Positions 6,562 to 14,998 of a stretch of DNA of 39,537 nucleotides are shown here, piece by piece (within the stretch, counting starts at the first letter, position 1; each line of letters starts with the position of its first letter). This stretch comes from an uncultured Lachnospiraceae bacterium (lineage in GTDB: Bacteria > Bacillota > Clostridia > Christensenellales > UBA1242). The notes under the pieces are model-generated. The model was not told the DNA's origin. It did not search any database and saw only the letters and a list, made by a program, of their open reading frames with translations. The stretch covers positions 1-39,537 of the forward strand of contig CAZFPH010000001.1 in NCBI GenBank assembly GCA_964520955.1, in the 5' to 3' direction. Both the position numbers and the translations under genes were made by a program.

Positions 6562-9246
6562 ATGAAAATAAACAAAACCAAAAATACACTAAATAATGTT
6601 CTGTTTGGCTCAATAAACAAAATTATTGCCATTCTTTTTCCATTTGTAATTCGAACCATAATTATAAAAACACTGGGCGTGCAATATCTTGGTCTAAACT
6701 CATTATTTTCATCGATATTAAACATTTTAAGTTTGGCTGAACTTGGCTTTGGAACTGCAATGGTCTATAGTATGTATAAGCCAATTGCCGAAGATGATAC
6801 CGAAACCATTAATGCTCTGCTCAATCTTTACAAAAAAATATATCGTGTCATTGGTATTATTGTTTTAACTGTTGGTCTTGCCATTATGCCTTTCTTAAAA
6901 TTCTTTATCAAAGGCTCACACCCGGCAGACATTAATCTCTACACATTATACTTAGTCTTTTTAGCAAACAATGTTATAAGCTACTTCTTCTTTGCTTACA
7001 AGTCATCGCTTCTTTCAGCACATCAAAAAAATGATATAACCAGCAAGATTCATATTTTGACATCAACCTTGATGTACGTTTCACAAATTGTAGTTTTGCT
7101 TTGCTTTAAAAACTACTACGCTTACATTGTTTTCTTGCCTCTTTCAACACTAGCTGTTAACATTTTAACTGCTATCATCACAAAAAAGCAGTATCCTCAG
7201 TACTTCTGCAAAGGTCAAGTTCCAAAAGAACAAAAAAATGCCATCAAAAAACAGATATCGGCTTTGTTCTTGCACAGGATTGGATATGTTGTTCAGTCAT
7301 CAATCGACAACATTTGCATCAGTGCATTTTTGGGACTAACCCTTCTTGGAAAATACAATAACTACTATTACATAATCACAGCAATACAAGGCTTTATCAC
7401 AATAATAAAACAATCAATGGTTGCTGGTGTTGGAAACAGCCTTATTGTTGATTCAAAAGAAGAAAATAAAAAATTCTTCAACAAAACACTGTTTGTTTTT
7501 GCATGGATAGTTGGCTGGTGTTCAATTTGTTTGATGTGCTTATACCAACCATTCATGAACGTTTGGGTTAAACAAACAAATATGCTTCCATTATCCGTTG
7601 TTATTTGCCTGGTTGTTTTGTTCTACTCAAGCGAAATGCGTGGTGTAACAGGAATGTATAAAGACGCTCTTGGAATGTGGCACGAAGATAGGTTTAAGCC
7701 AATGTCCATTTCAGCAGTCAATTTGGTGGGTACACTTATTTCTGCATACTTTGGCTGGTTTGAAGGAATTATTCTTTCAACAATTGCTGGATATGTGCTT
7801 GTTGGCTTTCCATGGGAAACACATATATTTTTCAAAAAGTATATGAAAGAAAAACCAACAAAATATTACCTCAAACAATTATTCTATCTTTGCACAACCA
7901 TAGTGGCAATCTCTGTTACATACTTTATTTGTAGCATAGTGTCACTAGAAGGTATCCCTGAAATTATTGTAAAGGGTTGCATTTGCCTAGTTGTGCCAAA
8001 CATAATATTTATTTTTGTTTACTTTAAAACACCTGAATTTAAAGAAATTTTTAAATCCCTCAAAAAAGGAAAAGTTATGGGAAAAATTATAAACAAAACT
8101 AAAAGAGTGCTAAGAAAAATTAAACAAATCACATTTCACACCATTTCTCTTGTTTTTTATTTATTCCCCATAAAGAAAAATAAAATAACTTTTTGTAATT
8201 TTTCGGGAAAAGGCTATGGTTGCAATCCAAAATATTTAGCTGAAGAGTTCTTAAAAGACGACAAATATGAACTTGTTTGGTTTGTTTCTAACCTTGATGA
8301 TGCAAGCATTCCTGCAAGCATCAAAAAAGTTAAGTATGGTTCGCTTAAACACTACTATCACTTAATCACAGCAAAGCTCTGGATTGACAACATTAGAAAC
8401 AACCCAAAACCACTCTTTAAAAGAAAAAAACAAATTTATATTCAATCTTGGCATGGTGGACTTATGCTTAAGGGCATAGAAAAAGATGCTGAAAGCTCAC
8501 TATCTAAAGATTATATTAAAGCAGCTAAGCATGACGGCAAAATTACAGATTATGTGCTCTCTAACTGCCAAAAAAGAACCGAACTTATAAAACGTTCTTT
8601 CTGGTATGATGGTGAGATTTTAGAATACGGTGTTCCTAGAGACGATGTTATGTTTAAGCCTAATGAAAAAGAAATTGCTGAACTTAAGCAAAAATATAAT
8701 ATCGAAAACAAAAAGATTGTAATATATGCACCTTCTTTTAGAAAGGATAAGTCGTTTTATACTAATTTAACCTTTAATCCAGACAAATTAGTTGACACAC
8801 TTAACAAGAAATTTAATAATGATTTTGTATTCTGTGTGAGATTGCACCCAAACGACACATCAATAACTAGCCTTAAGGGTTTTGAAAATGTTATTAACTT
8901 AACAAAAGAAGCAGACTCTCAGCTAATTTTGTCTGCAGCAGATGTTGTTGTTTCTGACTACTCAAGCATGCTACTTGATTTCACCTTAACAAAAAGACCA
9001 GCTTTCTTCTTTGCACCTGACTATGATGAATACATTAAAAAAGAAAGAGGTTTATACATTGATTTAGCAAAAGCCGGAATACCTTTTTCAAAAACATTTG
9101 ATGAACTGATTTCATCAGTGGAAACGTTTAATTCAAAACAATATATCAAAGATCTTGATAAGTTATTTGATTTTTATGAAGTTTTTGAAAGTGGTGATTC
9201 TGCAAAATTAATCGTTGAACACTTAATGAGTAAAGGAGACATATAA
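6562..9246 (+). CDS. fusion protein: Wzx-type (MOP superfamily) polysaccharide flippase (res 1 to about 500) + TagF-type CDP-alcohol phosphotransferase (res about 506-894)
   Basis: 894-aa uninterrupted ORF. The N-terminal part is multi-TM with Polysacc_synt-like features. The C-terminal part has SWHGG and VSDYSSMLLDFTLTKRPAFFFAPDYDEY. An in-frame ATG at 8077 is preceded by AAGGAAAAG. Confidence 0.8.
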   Translation: MKINKTKNTLNNVLFGSINKIIAILFPFVIRTIIIKTLGVQYLGLNSLFSSILNILSLAELGFGTAMVYSMYKPIAEDDTETINALLNLYKKIYRVIGIIVLTVGLAIMPFLKFFIKGSHPADINLYTLYLVFLANNVISYFFFAYKSSLLSAHQKNDITSKIHILTSTLMYVSQIVVLLCFKNYYAYIVFLPLSTLAVNILTAIITKKQYPQYFCKGQVPKEQKNAIKKQISALFLHRIGYVVQSSIDNICISAFLGLTLLGKYNNYYYIITAIQGFITIIKQSMVAGVGNSLIVDSKEENKKFFNKTLFVFAWIVGWCSICLMCLYQPFMNVWVKQTNMLPLSVVICLVVLFYSSEMRGVTGMYKDALGMWHEDRFKPMSISAVNLVGTLISAYFGWFEGIILSTIAGYVLVGFPWETHIFFKKYMKEKPTKYYLKQLFYLCTTIVAISVTYFICSIVSLEGIPEIIVKGCICLVVPNIIFIFVYFKTPEFKEIFKSLKKGKVMGKIINKTKRVLRKIKQITFHTISLVFYLFPIKKNKITFCNFSGKGYGCNPKYLAEEFLKDDKYELVWFVSNLDDASIPASIKKVKYGSLKHYYHLITAKLWIDNIRNNPKPLFKRKKQIYIQSWHGGLMLKGIEKDAESSLSKDYIKAAKHDGKITDYVLSNCQKRTELIKRSFWYDGEILEYGVPRDDVMFKPNEKEIAELKQKYNIENKKIVIYAPSFRKDKSFYTNLTFNPDKLVDTLNKKFNNDFVFCVRLHPNDTSITSLKGFENVINLTKEADSQLILSAADVVVSDYSSMLLDFTLTKRPAFFFAPDYDEYIKKERGLYIDLAKAGIPFSKTFDELISSVETFNSKQYIKDLDKLFDFYEVFESGDSAKLIVEHLMSKGDI

Positions 9247-9848
9247 TGCCTGACTACAAATTTATATTTGACTTGGATTCAACAATAACAAAAGAGGAAA
9301 TTTTGCCAAAGATTTCTATTGAAGTTGGAAAGCAAGAAGAAATGCGTGCATTAACCGAAGCAACAATGCTTGGTGAAATTCCTTTTGAAGAGAGCTTCAC
9401 ACGAAGAGTTAAAATTTTATCTACCCTTCCAATAAGTAAGGTTCAAGAAATTGTATACAACATAAAACTCAACGAAGAACTTGCTGAGTTTATTGCACAA
9501 AACAAAGAAAAGTGCTATGTCGTGACTGGAAACCTAGATTGTTGGATTTGCAAACTTATGGAAAAACTTGGGCTAGCTGACCACTGTTATTGTTCAAATG
9601 CAAGCACTGATGGTGATGCCTTACTTGGAATAAATAAAATTATTAACAAAAAAGAAACCGTTGAGTCTTTAGGCGAAAACATTATTGTTGTTGGCGATGG
9701 CAACAACGACGCTGAAATGATTAGTGTGGCAAAAATCGGCATAGGTTTTGGAGCTGTTAGAGAAATTGCTCCAGCGGTTTTAAGATGTTGCACACACGCA
9801 ATTTATGATGAACATACACTTGTGGATTTTTTGAAAAAATTTATTTAG
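9246..9848 (+). CDS. HAD-IB superfamily phosphatase (phosphoserine-phosphatase-like)
   Basis: 200 aa; DxDxT motif FIFDLDSTIT and VVGDGNNDAEM. The start overlaps the upstream stop (TAATG), with a GGAG RBS. Confidence 0.8.
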   Translation: MPDYKFIFDLDSTITKEEILPKISIEVGKQEEMRALTEATMLGEIPFEESFTRRVKILSTLPISKVQEIVYNIKLNEELAEFIAQNKEKCYVVTGNLDCWICKLMEKLGLADHCYCSNASTDGDALLGINKIINKKETVESLGENIIVVGDGNNDAEMISVAKIGIGFGAVREIAPAVLRCCTHAIYDEHTLVDFLKKFI

Positions 9849-9857
9849 GAGAAAAAT

Positions 9858-11204
9858 ATGATTACAAACAAAACCGTTATTATTAGTTGTGCTGGAATGG
9901 GAAAGCGTCTTGGTATTGGCACAACAAAAGCACTTGTTAATGTTGGCGGCAAACCACTAATTATTAGAACTCTTGAGCAACTTAATGATGTTAAAGATGT
10001 TAGAGTGGTTGTTGGTTATCAAGCTGAACGTGTTATGGAAGTTGTTAAAAACTACAGAAAAGACGTTACTTTTGCTTTTAATCACGAATATGAACACAAC
10101 GGAACAGCAGCAAGTGTTTGCAAAGCACTTCCTGGTGCAGCAGAGTTTATTTTGACTATTGATGGAGACCTTTTGGTTCACCCTGAAGATATGAAAACTC
10201 TTTTAACTCTTAACTATGAATGCATTTGTGGCACAAAAATCGACTCAGACGGGCCTGTGCTTTTAACTGTTGATGATAATGGTGACGTTGTTTCATTCTC
10301 AAGAGAAACCGGCGATTATGAGTGGACTGGTATTTGTTGCATAAAAACAGAAAACATTATTCCTTCTGAAAAGCACGTTTATCAAATGCTTGAGCCAATT
10401 TTACCAAAAAAACATTTGTTTATTAGAACAAAAGAAATTGACACACCTGATGATTATTACCGTGCTGAAAAGTGGATTGAAAACAACTATAACGACCATA
10501 TAGTCATTGGTGTTTTAGGTGGTATGGGAAGTTACGCAACACTTGAAATGTTTAAAAATATTCTTGAAAAATTTCCTGCAGAAAAAGAATGGGATAGGCC
10601 TAGAATAATCATTGATAATAACTGCACAATGCCAAGCAGAGTACGTTCAATTCTTTATAACGATAAAACTGATGCTCTTTTAACTGAAATGGTTAATAGT
10701 TTAAAACATCTCATCTCTGCGGGTGCAACAGATATTATTCTTGCTTGCAATACATCACACGTATTCCTAGAGAGAATTTATGAGAAGTTACCATCTCTTA
10801 AAAGACACCTTCATCATATCATTGAAATCACAGCAGATTATTGCATGATAAATAATGTTAATAAACCATACTTGCTTGCAAGTGAAGGAACAATCATCTC
10901 AAATATTTTTGAAGACACCTTTAAAAAGAATAATATTTCTTTAAATTACGACACGGCTGATTTTGAAATTGTTAGAGAGTTTATTGAATGTGTAAAACAA
11001 AACAACATAACGGACGAAGTCGTTTCTAAGTTTGTAGATTTTGTGAATGGTAAAACAGAAGAAACAATTATTCTTGGTTGCACAGAACTCCCTATTCTTT
11101 ATAATAACTGTGCAAATAGAATTAATAAATCAATTATTAACCCACTAGACCTAGCTATTGATAAAATTAAAAATAAATTTGATATTTTAAAATCTAACAA
11201 ATAA
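9858..11204 (+). CDS. fusion protein: LicC/IspD/MobA-like nucleotidyltransferase (res 1 to about 205) + PLP-independent Asp/Glu racemase (res about 214-448)
   Basis: 448 aa. N-terminal VIISCAGMGKRLGIGTTKALVNVGGKPLI (GxGxR...K nucleotidyltransferase signature). C-terminal VIGVLGGMGSYAT, ILACNTSH and ILGCTELP (two catalytic-Cys motifs of aspartate/glutamate racemases). Confidence 0.8.
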   Translation: MITNKTVIISCAGMGKRLGIGTTKALVNVGGKPLIIRTLEQLNDVKDVRVVVGYQAERVMEVVKNYRKDVTFAFNHEYEHNGTAASVCKALPGAAEFILTIDGDLLVHPEDMKTLLTLNYECICGTKIDSDGPVLLTVDDNGDVVSFSRETGDYEWTGICCIKTENIIPSEKHVYQMLEPILPKKHLFIRTKEIDTPDDYYRAEKWIENNYNDHIVIGVLGGMGSYATLEMFKNILEKFPAEKEWDRPRIIIDNNCTMPSRVRSILYNDKTDALLTEMVNSLKHLISAGATDIILACNTSHVFLERIYEKLPSLKRHLHHIIEITADYCMINNVNKPYLLASEGTIISNIFEDTFKKNNISLNYDTADFEIVREFIECVKQNNITDEVVSKFVDFVNGKTEETIILGCTELPILYNNCANRINKSIINPLDLAIDKIKNKFDILKSNK

Positions 11205-11230
11205 AAAGCACACTAACAAGTGTGCTTTTT
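11204..11230. terminator. bidirectional terminator between the racemase-fusion gene and tex
   Basis: AAAAGCACAC-taacaa-GTGTGCTTTT, with an A-run on one side and a T-run on the other. Confidence 0.8.
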
Positions 11231-11240
11231 ATTTGTTAAT

Positions 11241-13481
11241 TTATTCTTCGTCGCCAGCTTTTTTAATTGAAAGACCAATACGCTTTTTGGCGAGGTCTAT
11301 TGAAATAACTTTTACTTTCACAATTTGACCAACTGTGAGTTCTTCGCTTGGGTGTTTGATGAATCTATCGCAAATTTCTGAAATATGAACAAGTCCGTCT
11401 TGATGCACACCAATATCAACAAACGCACCAAAGTCGATAACATTGCGGACAGTGCCCTTGAGTGTCATACCTTCTTTTAAGTCTTCCATTCCAAGCACGT
11501 CAGTTCTAAGCTCTAAATGTTCTGCTTCTTCACGAATATCCCTGCCTGGTTTTACAAGTTCGCTAACAATGTCTTGCATTGTTGGAACACCTAAGCCTGC
11601 TTCTTTTGCAACCTTTTCTTCGCCATATTCGGCAACTAATTCTGGAAGTTTTGCAACCTTTCCGTTCTTAACATCTTCTTCAGTCATTTTGAAGACTTTG
11701 AGAAGTTTTCTTGCACCATCATAAGATTCTGGGTGAACAGAGGTGTTATCCAAAATTTCCGCCCCGTCAACAATTCTTAAAAAGCCTGCACATTGCTCGT
11801 AAGCTTTTGCACCAAGTTTTGGCACTTTGAGCATATCTTCTCTTGTTTTGAACGCACCATTCTTTTCTCGGTAGCTAACGATATTTTTTGCAATACCCTC
11901 ATTGAGTCCTGCAACACGTTTAAGCAAACTTGGGCTTGCAGTGTTGATATCTGCACCAACAGCGTTAACGCAGTCTTCAACAACGCCGTCAAGAACTTCA
12001 GTGAGTCTTTTTTGTGGCATATCGTGTTGATATTGACCAACACCTATTGACTTAACGTCAATTTTAATAAGTTCTGCAAGTGGGTCTTGAAGACGCCTTG
12101 CAATTGAAACGGCAGAACGCAAGTTTACATTGAAGTCTGGGAACTCTTCAGCGGCAAGTTTTGATGCTGAGTAAACAGATGCACCAGCCTCAGAAACAAC
12201 AGCGTAGCCAACCTTTCTCTCTAAGTTTTTAATAAGGTCAGCAACAAAAATTTCACTTTCTTTGCTTGCTGTTCCGTTGCCAATTGAAATAACGTCAACT
12301 TTATGCTTTGAAATGAGCATTGTCATAATGCGTTTTGCTTCATCAATCTTTTTGAATGGCTCAGTTGGATAAATCACATTTGTGTCAAGCACTGTTCCGT
12401 TCTCGTCAATAACAGCAAGTTTGCAACCCATTCTGTAGCCAGGGTCAAAACCTAAAATTCTCTTACCTTTTAGTGGAGCTTCCATAAGTAAAGGCTTTAA
12501 GTTAAGTTCAAAATTATGGATTGCTTGCTCATTAGCCATATCAGTAAGGTCTGAGCGAACTTCTCTTTCGATACTTGGGGAGATAAGCCTTTCAAACGAA
12601 TCCGCTTGAACATCTCTTAAAAGGTCAGCAAAAATTGTGTCCTTTATTTTGTAATGGCATTCAATAATTTCCAAGCACTTTTCTTCGCTATAATCAAGAG
12701 CAACTTTCAAAAATCCCTCGTTTTCGCCACGATTGATTGCAAGCACTCTGTGAGATGGGATTTTTGCAACCTCTTGCTTAAATCCATCGTAAACAGCGTA
12801 GGTGTCAGCAGAAGTTGCTTTTTCACTGCCCTCTTTGTCGGCATACTTGTCAGAGTTGTCGATAACTTGTTTTTTAGACTTTTTGGTTTCTTTTTCTTTC
12901 TTGATAACAGAGGTTATAGATGCCGTTTTTTGCATAAATGCACGGAGTTCTTTTCTGAGGTCGCTATCATCACTTATTTTTTCAGCAATAATGTCTTTTG
13001 CACCTTGAATTGCTTCTTCCACGGTTTTAACACCCTTTTCTGCATCAACGTAAGGAGTTGCAATTTCCTCAAGAGTTTTGCCCTCTGGTTTTTGTGCCAT
13101 AATTATATCAGCAAGTGGTTCAAGCCCTTTTGCAATAGCTTCGGTTGCCCTTGTCTTTCTCTTTGGCTTGTATGGGCGGTAGATATCTTCAAGTTCGGTG
13201 AGTGTTTTTGCCTCATCTAACTTTTTAACAATCTCGTCGGTGAGTTTACCCTGCTCGTCGATTTGCTTAACAATAGTCTTTTTTCTGTCCTCAAAATTTC
13301 TGAGGTATGTGAGCCTGTCAGAAAAAGCACGAATAACTTGGTCGTCTAGGCTTCCGTGCATTTCCTTTCTATACCTTGCGATGAATGGAATGGTTGCACC
13401 CTCGTCCAAAAGACTAATTAGGTTTTGCGAATATTCTTCTTTGATATTAAACTCTTTTGCAAGAGCTTCAAAAATTTCCAT
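11241..13481 (-). CDS. tex: Tex-family transcription accessory protein (YqgF/HhH/S1 RNA-binding)
   Basis: 746 aa; N-terminal TIPFIARYRKE, YqgF-like core, C-terminal S1 domain (GTVRNVIDFGAFVDIG...GLVHISE). Confidence 0.9.
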   Translation of the reverse strand: MEIFEALAKEFNIKEEYSQNLISLLDEGATIPFIARYRKEMHGSLDDQVIRAFSDRLTYLRNFEDRKKTIVKQIDEQGKLTDEIVKKLDEAKTLTELEDIYRPYKPKRKTRATEAIAKGLEPLADIIMAQKPEGKTLEEIATPYVDAEKGVKTVEEAIQGAKDIIAEKISDDSDLRKELRAFMQKTASITSVIKKEKETKKSKKQVIDNSDKYADKEGSEKATSADTYAVYDGFKQEVAKIPSHRVLAINRGENEGFLKVALDYSEEKCLEIIECHYKIKDTIFADLLRDVQADSFERLISPSIEREVRSDLTDMANEQAIHNFELNLKPLLMEAPLKGKRILGFDPGYRMGCKLAVIDENGTVLDTNVIYPTEPFKKIDEAKRIMTMLISKHKVDVISIGNGTASKESEIFVADLIKNLERKVGYAVVSEAGASVYSASKLAAEEFPDFNVNLRSAVSIARRLQDPLAELIKIDVKSIGVGQYQHDMPQKRLTEVLDGVVEDCVNAVGADINTASPSLLKRVAGLNEGIAKNIVSYREKNGAFKTREDMLKVPKLGAKAYEQCAGFLRIVDGAEILDNTSVHPESYDGARKLLKVFKMTEEDVKNGKVAKLPELVAEYGEEKVAKEAGLGVPTMQDIVSELVKPGRDIREEAEHLELRTDVLGMEDLKEGMTLKGTVRNVIDFGAFVDIGVHQDGLVHISEICDRFIKHPSEELTVGQIVKVKVISIDLAKKRIGLSIKKAGDEE

Positions 13482-13628
13482 AAAATACTTCCTTGTACAA
13501 ATTTTGCCGTAATTCCAGCATTTTCATTATACCAAAACACCTATAATATTTCAATTAAAAAAACTAATTGCTTTTGTGCAAAAGTCCCAACTTTAACAAA
13601 TCGCGAAAAAAAGTTTAAAAAAAATGTT

Positions 13629-13656
13629 TTGACAACACTTTTTTAAATAGTATAAT
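13629..13656 (+). promoter_or_regulatory. sigma-A promoter for the DegV-family gene
   Basis: TTGACA (13629-13634), 16-nt spacer, TATAAT (13651-13656). Confidence 0.6.
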
Positions 13657-13677
13657 TATATCGTTAGGAGAAAAATT

Positions 13678-14526
13678 ATGAAAATTGCAATTTCAACAGA
13701 ATCAACATGTGACCTCACACAGGAACAAATTGATTCAAATGATATAAAAATTATTCCATACACCGTTATTCTTGGCGATGAAATGGTAACCGACAATGCA
13801 GAAGTTCCTGCAAAAATATTCAAGTTCGTTGAAGAAACAAAACAATTGCCAAAAACAAGTGCCATTAACGAATCTGCCTATAAAGAACACTTTGAAGACC
13901 TTTTGAAAACTCACGATGCAATTGTGCATATTTGCTTGTCTTCTGGGCTATCTTCATCTTGTGCACACGCAAAAACAGTATCAGAAAACTTAAAAAATGT
14001 GTATGTTATCGACTCAATGTCGCTTTCTACAGGCATTGGCTTACTTGCACTATACGCAAAAAAACTCGCAGACGCTGGCGAAGATGCTGAAACAATTTAT
14101 AACAAAGTTTTGGCAAGAGTTGATAGTGTTCAGGCAAGTTTTGTTGTTGAACGCCTTGACTACCTATACAAAGGTGGCAGATGCAGTGCATTATCTTTCT
14201 TTGGAGCAAACCTTTTAAAAATCAGACCTCAACTCGTGCTAAAAGATGGCTTTATTAAGCCAGCAAAAAAATATCGTGGCAAGATGGAAAAAGTTGTTGC
14301 TGATTATTGCAAAGACACGCTTGCGGAGTTTAACACGCCAGATAAATCAATTGGTTTTGTGACCTACACAACAGCCACCCCTGAAATGATTGCAAACGCA
14401 AAAAAAGCGTTACAAGATGCGGGGTTTGAAACAATTTACGAAACTGTTGCTGGCGGAACAATTACATCACACTGCGGAGAACACGTTCTTGGCATATTGT
14501 ATTTAAACGATGGCGACAAAAAATAA
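13678..14526 (+). CDS. DegV family fatty-acid-binding protein
   Basis: 282 aa; MKIAISTESTCDL start, overall DegV length and pattern (SSGLSSS, ERLDYLYKGGR). Confidence 0.85.
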   Translation: MKIAISTESTCDLTQEQIDSNDIKIIPYTVILGDEMVTDNAEVPAKIFKFVEETKQLPKTSAINESAYKEHFEDLLKTHDAIVHICLSSGLSSSCAHAKTVSENLKNVYVIDSMSLSTGIGLLALYAKKLADAGEDAETIYNKVLARVDSVQASFVVERLDYLYKGGRCSALSFFGANLLKIRPQLVLKDGFIKPAKKYRGKMEKVVADYCKDTLAEFNTPDKSIGFVTYTTATPEMIANAKKALQDAGFETIYETVAGGTITSHCGEHVLGILYLNDGDKK

Positions 14527-14590
14527 CAAATAAAAGCAACCGATTATGGTTGTTTTTTTTATTTCCTGTTTTTTTTACATATTGTTTTTG

Positions 14591-14619
14591 TTGACACTAA
14601 ATTTTTAAAATTTTATACT
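14591..14619 (+). promoter_or_regulatory. sigma-A promoter for the small 76-aa gene
   Basis: TTGACA (14591-14596), 17-nt spacer, TATACT (14614-14619). Confidence 0.6.
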
Positions 14620-14638
14620 GGAAAAAATGGAGGTCATT

Positions 14639-14869
14639 ATGATTAAAGAATATATAAACAAACCATGCAAAATCACAATCTCTCTTGCTCAGTACACAAC
14701 ATCAGGCTCTGCCCCACTAAGACTTGCTGGTGTAATCACAAATGTAGATAACGAATATGTTAGTTTTGAGTTCGACGCAAACGACAAAAACGCACCACTC
14801 TTTTTGAAAGGCACAAGTGGAAAAATGCTCATCAAAAGAGACTACCTAATTTCTATCGTGTTAATTTAA
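14639..14869 (+). CDS. hypothetical small protein (76 aa), beta-rich, unknown family
   Basis: The ORF track starts at 14627, but its ATGGAGG is better read as the GGAGG RBS for the in-frame ATG at 14639. The gene has its own promoter and terminator. Confidence 0.6.
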   Translation: MIKEYINKPCKITISLAQYTTSGSAPLRLAGVITNVDNEYVSFEFDANDKNAPLFLKGTSGKMLIKRDYLISIVLI

Positions 14870-14877
14870 CCCACAAG

Positions 14878-14905
14878 CAATCCGCACAATCACGGATTGT
14901 TTTTA
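14878..14905 (+). terminator. rho-independent terminator of the small gene
   Basis: CAATCCG-cacaatca-CGGATTG followed by TTTTTATTTT. Confidence 0.75.
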
Positions 14906-14998
14906 TTTTGGTTTTTTATTACATAATTAGTGGTAATGCCTTGCACTTGCAACGTTTTTTAATTAAAATACTATCAGAAATAGTTATAAGGACACATT

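Noticed and set aside
11443-13512. Plus-strand ORFs of up to 188 aa antisense to tex (11443-11724, 11793-12050, 12654-13220, 12802-13008, 13198-13512)
   Set aside because: They are shadow ORFs of a 746-aa gene with an unambiguous Tex signature. Their composition is typical of antisense frames.
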